64,000 bases of DNA, from positions 74 to 64,073 of the forward strand of contig JAYFRU010000001.1 of NCBI GenBank assembly GCA_040946965.1. The letters run 5' to 3'. The notes beneath the pieces are model-generated. The model was not told where the DNA came from and did no database searches. It was given only the letters and a program-made list of their open reading frames with translations. The position numbers and the translations under genes are program-made. Positions 30,611-64,000 of the stretch are shown here, one piece after another (within the stretch, counting starts at the first letter, position 1; every line of letters starts with the position of its first letter). Origin of the DNA: Burkholderia sp. (GTDB lineage: Bacteria; Pseudomonadota; Gammaproteobacteria; Burkholderiales; Burkholderiaceae).

Positions 30611-30614
<4 letters not shown>
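11517..30614 (+). CDS. hybrid NRPS / trans-AT PKS megasynthase: C-A(Gly)-PCP-KS-DH-KR-ACP-KS-KR-cMT-ACP-KS-DH-KR-ACP-KS
   Basis: The real start is ATG 11517 (MKTVMTLDQIIALYEAGK...), overlapping the upstream stop (ATGA 11517-11520). The 7860-11516 part of tracked ORF 7860..30614 is an off-frame overlap with the upstream gene. Domains: C (HHLVID 12042-12059); A (13011-14462, Gly code); PCP (Ser 14640-14642); KS3 (~14841-16100, Cys 15345-15347); DH (LADHVMGGHKVLP, His 16692-16694; HPSLLDAAVQ); KR (GGVYLITGGAGGLG 18012-18053); ACP (GFDS, Ser 18969-18971); KS4 (~19185-20485, Cys 19698-19700); linker with carrier-like insert; KR (GGVYLVIGGAGGLG 22026-22067); C-MT (LEIGAGTGG 23262-23288); ACP (Ser 24045-24047); KS5 (~24321-25550, Cys 24783-24785); DH (His 26166-26168); KR (27453-27491); ACP (Ser 28362-28364); KS6 (~28632-29942, Cys 29139-29141); linker and tail. 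Confidence 0.95.
12221..16103 (+). repeat. copy 2 of the 3,883-bp near-perfect direct repeat
   Basis: See copy 1. Examples of recurring shadow ORFs are 2258..2545 / 12718..13005, 2363..2950 / 12823..13410, 3254..4363 / 13714..14823 and 4284..4625 / 14744..15085. Confidence 0.97.
13011..14462 (+). other. adenylation domain, predicted glycine-specific (copy 2, identical)
   Basis: It lies inside repeat copy 2, so the sequence and the DILQLGLIWK code are identical to copy 1. Confidence 0.85.
20637..20870 (+). other. carrier-protein-like insert lacking the phosphopantetheine serine, inside the KS4 flanking region
   Basis: The insert LEQRIRVALAGLLDVDAGEISADESFEAYGLDALARNRLAAAL...LLAVALRAGSVAQLADEWL aligns by eye with the genuine ACPs of this cluster (..EEFNAFGFDSISLTNLANRL..). 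It has Ala (GCC 20751-20753) where the Ser should be. It sits between the LLAYLARRG and LGDLAYTLQVGRE elements, which are contiguous in 12 of the 14 KS linkers. Confidence 0.6.
23085..23810 (+). other. C-methyltransferase domain 2 (core)
   Basis: LEIGAGTGG lies at 23262-23288, with VVAANVLHATSEI...GVLLLNE...FGLLEGWW. It is paralogous to domains 1 and 3. Confidence 0.85.
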
Positions 30615-50874
<20,260 letters not shown>

Positions 50875-50878
<4 letters not shown>

Positions 50879-53800
50879 AGCGCAACCTCAACCTCAACCA
50901 CGACTTCGATGCCACGCCGCCCTCGCGCGACGCGGGCCGGCAACCCCAAGTCGATGCCGGCGGCCACGCGCGAGCGCTCGGCCATGTGGATACGGCCATC
51001 ATCGGCATCAGCGCCCGCTACCCCATGGCGGGCGACTGGCGGCAATTCTGGGAGAACCTGCGCGCCGGGCGTGACTGCATCGGCGAGATCCCGCCCGAGC
51101 GCTGGGACTGGCGCGCCCATCACGACAGCGCGCGCGGCACGCCGGGGCGCAGCTACACGCGCTGGGGCGGCTTCCTCGACGGAATCGACCGCTTCGATCC
51201 GCGCTTCTTCCGCATCGCGCCCGGCGAGGCCGAGCATCTTGACCCGCAGGAGCGCCTTTTCCTGGAAAGCGCCTACCTGCTGATCGAGGATGCCGGCTAC
51301 ACCCCCGCCAACCTCAGCGCGAGCCGCCGCGTGGCGGTGTTCGTGGGCGCCATGAACAGCAGCTACTCGCTGCTGGCCAGCCAGTGGACGCTGGCCAACC
51401 GCGTGTCCCACGTGCTCGATTTCCACGGCCCGAGCCTGGTGGTCAACAGCGCTTGCTCGTCCTCGCTGAGCGCGATCCACCTGGCGCTGGAGAGCCTGGC
51501 CACCGGCACCAGCGAGGTGGCGATCGCCGGCGGCGTGAACCTGATCATGCATCCGGCGCACTACGCGCGGCTGGCCTCGGTCGGCATGCTGTCGGCCGGC
51601 CCGCATTGCCGCGCCTTCGGCGCCGGCGCGGACGGCTTCGTCGACGGCGAGGGCGTGGGCGCGGTGCTGCTCAAGCCGCTGTCGCGCGCGATCGAGGACG
51701 GCGACCAGATCTACGGCGTGATCAAGGGCAGCGCGCTCAACGCCGGCGGCCGGACCCACGGCTACACGGTGCCCAGCCCGCTGGCGCAGGGCCGCCTGGT
51801 GGCCGAGGCGATCGAGCGCGCCGGTTTCGCGCCGCGCAGCATCGGCTGCGTGGAGGCGCACGGCACCGGCACCGAGCTGGGCGACCCGATCGAGGTGCGC
51901 GGCCTGGCCGAGGCCTTCGGCGCGACCGCCGGCGCGGCACCCTGGTGCGCGCTGGGCTCGGTCAAGTCGAACATCGGCCACAGCGAGGGCGTGGCCGGCA
52001 TCGCCGGCCTGACCAAGCTGCTGCTGCAGATGCGCCATGGCCAGTTGGTGCCCAGCCTGCATGCCGACACGCTCAATCCTCGCATCGATTTCAGCGGCAC
52101 GCCGTTCGCCGTGCAGCGCGAGCTGGCGCCCTGGCCGCGCCCGGCCGGCCATCCGCGTCGCGCGGGCGTGTCCTCGTTCGGCGCGGGCGGCGCGAATGCG
52201 CACCTGCTGGTCGAGGAATACGTGGCGCCGCTCGCGGCTCGGCGCGCCGATGCGCTCTCGCCCGCGCTGATCGTGCTGTCGGCCGCGAACCCCGATCGCC
52301 TGCGCGCGGTGGCGCAGCGGTTGGCCGATTTCCTCGACGGCGAATTCGGCCACGGCATCACGCTGGCCGAGCTGGCCTACACGCTGCAGGTGGGCCGCGA
52401 GGCGCTGGCCGAGCGGCTTGGTTTCGTCGCCGACTCGCTGGCCCAGGTGCGTGCCTGCCTGGCGGCCTTCCTGCAGGACCGCGAGGCCGATCACCCCTTG
52501 CTGCGCACCAGCGTCGGGCGCGGCCGCGATGGCCGGTCCGCCATGCTGGACGACGAGGGCTTCGCGCAAACCCTGCGCGGCTGGGTCGAGCGCGGCAAGC
52601 ACGAGCTGCTGCTGAAGCTGTGGGGGCAGGGCGAGCCGCTGGACTGGTCGCTGCTGTATCGCGGGGCGCGGCCGCGCCGCGTGAGCCTGCCCGGCTATCC
52701 GTTCGCGGGCGAGCGTTACTGGGCACCTGCCGCCGTGCGTTATGCCGGCGTCGCGCGCAGCCGCCGCGCGCGGCCTGCGGCCGATCCTCATCTGCTGCTG
52801 TGCCGGCCGGCCTGGCGCGAGGCACCGGTGCCGGCGGCGGCCCGGCGCGAGCTGCTGCGGCGCGAACTCTGGCTGCTCGGCAGCCTGGCCGCACTCGACG
52901 ATGCCGCCTTGCCGGCGCTGCCGATTGAGCGTTTCCACAGCGACGAGGCCGAGCCGGTACGGCGCTGCGCCGACCTGTATGGCCAGCTCCATGCGCGCCT
53001 GCGCGAGCGGCTGCGGGACAAGCCGAGCGAGTCGGTGCTGCTGCAGGTGGCGATCCTCGGGCGCGACGACGAGCTCCTGCTGTCGGGGCTGTCCGGCATG
53101 CTGCGCAGCCTCGGCCAGGAAAGCCGCAGGCTGCATGGGCAGTTGCTGATGATGGAGGGCGGCGAGGATCGCGCCACCTGGCAGGCGCGGCTCGACGAGA
53201 ACGCCGCGCGGCCCCGCGATGACTGGGTGCGCTACCGCCAGGGGCGCCGCGAGGCCTGGGCACTCCAGGAGTTGCCGCTGGCCGCAGGCGAACCGGCCCT
53301 GCCATGGCGCGCGCAGGGCGTCTATCTGCTGAGCGGCGGCGCGGGCGGGCTGGGGCTGCTGTTCGCCGAGGAAATCGCCCGCCGCGCCGAGGGCGCCACC
53401 GTGATCCTGGCCAGCCGCGCCGCGCCCGACGAGGCGCGTCGCGCGCGGCTGGCCGCGCTCGGGCAGCAGGGCCTAGCGATCCGGCACGCGGTGCTGGACA
53501 TCACCGATGCGGCTGCGGTGCAGGCGCTGGTGGACCAGATCGTGGCCGCCCACGGCCGCCTCGACGGCGTGCTGCACCTGGCCGGCGTGCTGCGCGACGG
53601 CTATCTGCTCGACAAGCAGCGCGACAGCGTCGAGCAGGTGCTGGCACCCAAGCTGCTGGGCGCGCTGCACCTGGACCTGGCCACCCGCGCGCTGCCGATC
53701 GACTGCTTCGTGCTGTTCTCCTCGGCGGCGGCGCTGTTCGGCAATGCCGGCCAGGCTGACTATGCCGGCGCCAACGGTTTCCTCGATGCCTTCGCCGCCT

Positions 53801-54756
53801 ATCGCCAGGCACGGGGGCGGCCGGGCCGCTCGCTGTCGGTGAACTGGCCGCTGTGGGCCGAGGGCGGCATGAGCATGGACACCGCCACCGAGCAGTCGCT
53901 GACCGCTGGCACCGGCATCCGGGCGATGCAGGCCGCCACCGGTTGCCGGGCGCTGGCCCATGCGCTGGCCGGCGAATTCACGCAGGTGCTGGCCCTGGAA
54001 GGCGAGCCGGCGCGCATGCGCGCGACCTTGCTCGAGGCGGGGGCGCCGTCGAACCTTGCCGCCGCCGATGCGGCGTCGCCGGCAGCCGACCTGCCGGGCC
54101 AGGTGCGCGCGCTGGTGGCGGCCCTGCTCAACAAGGTCGAGCCCGAGGAGATCGAAGCAGGGCAGGACATCGGCGACTACGGCCTGGATTCGATCGGTTT
54201 CACCCATCTCGCCAACCAGTTGAACCAGCGCTTCGGCAGCGCGGTGCGGCCGACCGATTTCATGGAGCTGGAGACGGCCAGCGTCGAGCGCATCGCGCGC
54301 CTGCTGCAGCAGCAATTGGCGGCCGCCGAGGCGAGCGGCGCGCCGGCGCGAGCGGCGGCGCCCGAGTCCGGTGCGCCGTCGGTGGCACCGGCCACGCGGC
54401 GCGGCCCCGGTTCGGGCACGGCGCCCGCGACGCGCGAGGCCGGCGCCGCGCATCCCGACGAGCGCCTGCGGGCGCAGGTGCGCGAGGCCGTGGCGGCCCT
54501 GCTCAAGGTGGAGATCGAGGAAGTCGAGCTGGATCTCGACATCAGCGACTACGGCGTCGATTCGATCGGCTTCACGCACCTGGCCAACTGCCTCAACGAA
54601 CAACACGGCACCCGCTTGCGGGCCACCGATTTTCTCGAACTGGAGCAGGTCAGCGTGATCCGCATCGCGCGCCTGCTGCGGGAGGACCCGGGCTCGCACG
54701 CGCTGCTCGACGCGGCCGGGGCGGAGGCCTCGCTGGCCGCCGCCGAGGGGCGCTGA
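50875..54756 (+). CDS. trans-AT PKS: KS-KR-ACP-ACP
   Basis: The frame of tracked ORF 50038..54756 overlaps the previous gene up to 50878. The first sensible start is TTG 50875, with GGGAGA 50863-50868 six nt upstream and a TTGA overlap with the upstream stop at 50876-50878. The only later in-frame start is GTG 50986, which would remove the entire pre-KS segment. Domains: KS12 (~50986-52220, Cys 51454-51456, EAHGTGTELGDP, NIGHS); linker ending LPGYPFAGERYW; KR (GVYLLSGGAGGLG 53317-53355); ACP (DYGLDS, Ser 54190-54192); ACP (DYGVDS, Ser 54562-54564). Stop is at 54754-54756. No TE. Confidence 0.85.
54091..54690 (+). other. tandem ACP pair at the C-terminus of the KS-KR-ACP-ACP protein
   Basis: There are two similar carrier domains: DIGDYGLDSIGFTHLANQLNQRFG (Ser 54190-54192) and DISDYGVDSIGFTHLANCLNEQHG (Ser 54562-54564). 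An Ala/Pro/Gly-rich linker separates them. Confidence 0.85.
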
Positions 54757-54802
54757 GCCCTGCCGCCGTCATCCCGATCACAAGCTGAGTGGAGGATTTT
54801 TG

Positions 54803-55936
54803 ATGAGCGTTTACATGTTTCCGGGTCAGGGTTCCCAAGCCAAAGGCATGGGCGCCGACCTGTTCGCCTCTTTCCCGGAGCTGACCGAGACGGCCGATCG
54901 CATCCTCGGCTACTCGATCCGCGAACTGTGCCTGGAAGACCCGCAACGGCAATTGGGCCAGACGCGCTACACGCAGCCGGCGCTGTACGTGGTCAATGCG
55001 CTGTCCTATCGCCGGCGCCTGCATGAGCACGGCGCGCCCGCCTACGTGCTGGGCCACAGCCTGGGCGAATACAACGCGCTGGAGGCGGCCGGCGTGATCG
55101 GCTTCGAGGACGGCTTGCGCCTGGTGCGCAAGCGCGGCGAGCTGATGAGCGAGGTCCCGCCCGGCGCGATGGCCGCCGTGATCGGCCCCGGCGAGGCGGC
55201 CATCGGCGCGCTGCTGGCCAGGCACGGCCTGGAGGCGATCGACATCGCCAATCTCAACGGCCCGAGCCAGACCATCATTTCCGGGCTGAAGGAGGACATC
55301 GTGCGCGCCGCGCCGCTGTTCGAGGCCGAGCAGGCGCGTTTCGTGCCGCTCAATACCAGCGGCGCCTTCCACTCGCGCTACATGGCCGCAGCCCGCCAGG
55401 CCTTCGCCGCCTACCTGGGCGAGTTCCGTTTCAACAAGCCGCGCATCCCGGTGATCTCGAACGTCGAGGCCCAGCCCTATGCGCTGGAGCGCACCGCCGA
55501 GCTGCTGGCCGCGCAGATCACGCGGCCGGTGCAGTGGACCCGCTCGGTTCACTACCTGCTGGCGCTGGGGCAGAGCGAATTCCTCGAACTCGGGCCGGGA
55601 CAGGTGCTGACGCGGCTGCTGGTCGACATCAGGAAGCATGCGCCGGCGGTTGCGTCGGCCCCGGCACCGGCCGCCACGGCGGCCGCCAGCGCTGCGCCCC
55701 CGGCGAGCGCCTACGACCGCGAGCGCGAACTGAGCCAGCTGCAGCAGCGCATCGACGACTGGAACCGCCGCTACCCGGTCGGCACGCGCGTGCAGGTGGA
55801 CAGCTACCAGCAGCAGCTCGTCACGCGCACCCCGGCGATGTCGCTGTTCGGACATCGCGCGGCGATCTACCTGGAAGGCCACAACGGCTACTTCGAACTG
55901 GCCGACGTGCATCCGCTCCACGGAGCCTCGGCATGA
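54803..55936 (+). CDS. discrete (trans-acting) malonyl-CoA:ACP acyltransferase with an extra C-terminal domain
   Basis: ATG 54803 is preceded by GGAGG 54791-54795. The N-terminus MSVYMFPGQGSQAKGMG, the GHSLGE nucleophile elbow (Ser 55058-55060), the VRKRG arginine and GAFHS (malonyl-type motif) indicate a FabD-like fold of about 290 aa. This is followed by an Ala/Pro linker (APAPAATAAASAAPPA) and a unique C-terminal segment of about 85 aa. Confidence 0.95.
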   Translation: MSVYMFPGQGSQAKGMGADLFASFPELTETADRILGYSIRELCLEDPQRQLGQTRYTQPALYVVNALSYRRRLHEHGAPAYVLGHSLGEYNALEAAGVIGFEDGLRLVRKRGELMSEVPPGAMAAVIGPGEAAIGALLARHGLEAIDIANLNGPSQTIISGLKEDIVRAAPLFEAEQARFVPLNTSGAFHSRYMAAARQAFAAYLGEFRFNKPRIPVISNVEAQPYALERTAELLAAQITRPVQWTRSVHYLLALGQSEFLELGPGQVLTRLLVDIRKHAPAVASAPAPAATAAASAAPPASAYDRERELSQLQQRIDDWNRRYPVGTRVQVDSYQQQLVTRTPAMSLFGHRAAIYLEGHNGYFELADVHPLHGASA

Positions 55937-57318
55937 ACGCGATCCCGAAAGACTACGCGGCACCCAGCATCAGCATCGAGCGGCTCGGCTCGGCGGCCTT
56001 CAAGCAGGACCACGGCCTGCGCTACCCGTATGTGGCCGGCTCGATGGTGAAGGGCATCGCCTCGGCCGCGATGGTGATCAACATGGGCCGCGCGGGTTTC
56101 CTCGGCTACTTCGGCACTGGGGCGCTGGACGCGGCCTCGATCGAGCGCGCCATCCTCGAGATCCAGGCCGCGCTCGGCGACGGGCAGCCCTACGGCATGA
56201 ACCTGCTGAGCAACGCCTCCACGCCGCAGGCCGAGATGGACACGGTGGACCTGTTCCTCAAGCACGGCGTGCGCCGCGTGGAGGCTTCCGCCTACATGCA
56301 GATCACCGCGCCGCTGGTGAAGTACCGCGCCAGCGGCCTGTGGCGCGACGCGCAAGGCGCGGTGGTGGCGCGCAACCTGATCCTGGCCAAGCTCTCGCGC
56401 CCCGAGGTGGCCGCGCTGTTCCTGAGCCCGCCGCCGGACAAGCTGCTGGCCGAGCTGGTGGCCGGCGGCGCGATCACAGCCGATGAGGCCGAACTGGCCC
56501 GGCGCCTTCCGATGGCCGACGACCTCTGCGTGGAAGCCGATTCGGGCGGCCACACCGACATGGGCGTGCTGTCCGCGCTGCTGCCCAGCATCGTGCGCCT
56601 GCGCGACGAGATGGTGGCGCGCCATGGCTACGCGAGGAGCGTGAGGGTGGGCGGCGCGGGCGGCATCGGCACGCCGGAGGCGGCGGCCACCGCCTTCATC
56701 CTCGGTGCCGATTTCATCCTCACCGGCTCGATCAACCAGTGCACGGTGGAGGCCGGCACCAGCGAGGCGGCCAAGGACTTGCTGCAGCAGGTCAACGTGC
56801 AGGACATGGACTACTGCCCCTCGGGCAGCCTGTTCGAGCTCGGCGCCAAGACCCAGGTGCTGAAGAAGGGCGTGTTCTTCCCGGCCCGCGCCAACAAGCT
56901 CTACGAGCTGTGGAAGAACCACGCGTCCTGGGAGGAGATCGACGCGAAGACGCGCGAGCAGATCCAGGACAAGTACTTCATGCGCAGCTTCGAGTCGGTC
57001 TACGAGGAAACGCGTGCGTATTTCCTGCGCGCCGCGCCCGGCGAGATCGAGAAGGCCGAGAAGAACCCCAAGCACAAGCTGGCCCTGGTGTTCCGCTGGT
57101 ACTTCGTGCACACCATGCGCCTCGCGATGAGCGGCGCCAGCCAGCAGAAGGTGGACTACCAGATTCACTGCGGGCCGGCGATGGGTGCCTTCAACCAGTG
57201 GGTCAAGGGCACCGAGCTGGAGGACTGGCGCAATCGCCGCGTCGCCGAGATCGCGCACCGGCTGCTGGAGGGGACCGTGCAATGGCTCAACCGCAGTTTC
57301 CTGACGATGAGCGGCTGA
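55933..57318 (+). CDS. discrete trans-acting enoyl reductase (PfaD/PksE-type, FMN-dependent nitronate-monooxygenase-like fold)
   Basis: ATG 55933 overlaps the AT stop (ATGA 55933-55936); GGAG lies at 55922-55925. The product is 461 aa. The N-terminal signature LRYPYVAGSMVKGIASAAMVINMGRAGFLGYFGTGAL, the GGIGTPEAAA segment and the overall length match what I know of PfaD / PksE-ER family proteins. The tracked ORF 55534..57318 begins too far upstream, inside the AT gene in another frame. Confidence 0.92.
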   Translation: MNAIPKDYAAPSISIERLGSAAFKQDHGLRYPYVAGSMVKGIASAAMVINMGRAGFLGYFGTGALDAASIERAILEIQAALGDGQPYGMNLLSNASTPQAEMDTVDLFLKHGVRRVEASAYMQITAPLVKYRASGLWRDAQGAVVARNLILAKLSRPEVAALFLSPPPDKLLAELVAGGAITADEAELARRLPMADDLCVEADSGGHTDMGVLSALLPSIVRLRDEMVARHGYARSVRVGGAGGIGTPEAAATAFILGADFILTGSINQCTVEAGTSEAAKDLLQQVNVQDMDYCPSGSLFELGAKTQVLKKGVFFPARANKLYELWKNHASWEEIDAKTREQIQDKYFMRSFESVYEETRAYFLRAAPGEIEKAEKNPKHKLALVFRWYFVHTMRLAMSGASQQKVDYQIHCGPAMGAFNQWVKGTELEDWRNRRVAEIAHRLLEGTVQWLNRSFLTMSG

Positions 57319-57460
57319 GGCGCGCCGCGCGCCAAGCCAGAGAAAGCGGCGGACGCCACGCGCGGCCGCCCGATGCATGTGACTCATCTGCTTTATCTGC
57401 CTGATTTGCCCGGCGGCTGCCGTGTTCGCCGCCCTTGCCCGTTGAAGCTAGGAGAATGCA

Positions 57461-64000
<6,540 letters not shown>

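Noticed and set aside
54091-54690. Tandem ACPs as markers of beta-branching.
   Set aside because: I could not see the tryptophan-containing signature reported for beta-branching ACPs. There is no HMG-CoA-synthase/ECH cassette in the window. Tandem ACPs alone are not diagnostic.
57319-57333. GC hairpin GGCGCG-CCG-CGCGCC just after the ER stop as an intrinsic terminator.
   Set aside because: It has a 6-bp stem and 3-nt loop and is not followed by a T/U tract (the next bases are AAGCCAGAGAAAGC). Such GC palindromes are common by chance in this DNA.
57373-57378. ATGCAT in the 142-nt gap before the loading-module gene as a shared operator with the 307-423 palindromes.
   Set aside because: It is a single hexamer. 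ATGCAT also occurs inside coding sequence (for example near 8716 and 26075), so one occurrence is not significant.

Overview
Apart from an AT-rich left flank of about 0.8 kb, the whole window is one plus-strand, operon-like block. It encodes a trans-AT polyketide synthase / NRPS hybrid assembly line in very GC-rich (Burkholderia-like, about 70% by eye) DNA. There are seven genes. Four contiguous megasynthase genes (862-11520, 11517-30614, 30611-50878, 50875-54756) are joined by 4-nt start/stop overlaps. They are followed by a discrete malonyl-type acyltransferase (54803-55936) and a discrete PfaD/PksE-type enoyl reductase (55933-57318). A fifth megasynthase gene (57461 to window end) is absent from the ORF track because it is open-ended; I translated it by hand, and it carries a GNAT-type loading module. 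I count 14 KS domains, none followed by an AT domain. There are also two NRPS modules whose A domains carry the exact glycine code DILQLGLIWK, three C-methyltransferases, five DH domains and one in-line ER. No TE is present. The most striking observations are: (1) a 3,883-bp direct repeat (1761-5643 = 12221-16103, one synonymous mismatch seen) that makes the C(C-lobe)-A(Gly)-PCP-KS segments of the first two genes identical; (2) a catalytically decayed KS that directly abuts an intact paralogous KS across a gene junction, with no carrier domain between them; (3) serine-less carrier-like inserts inside two KS flanking regions; (4) a permuted gene order with the loading module encoded last. Domain logic predicts a linear diamide polyketide of the bistramide/lagriamide type. 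This is inference and needs database confirmation. I saw no RNA genes, CRISPR arrays or mobile elements. The many long minus-strand and off-frame ORFs in the track are GC-rich shadow ORFs.
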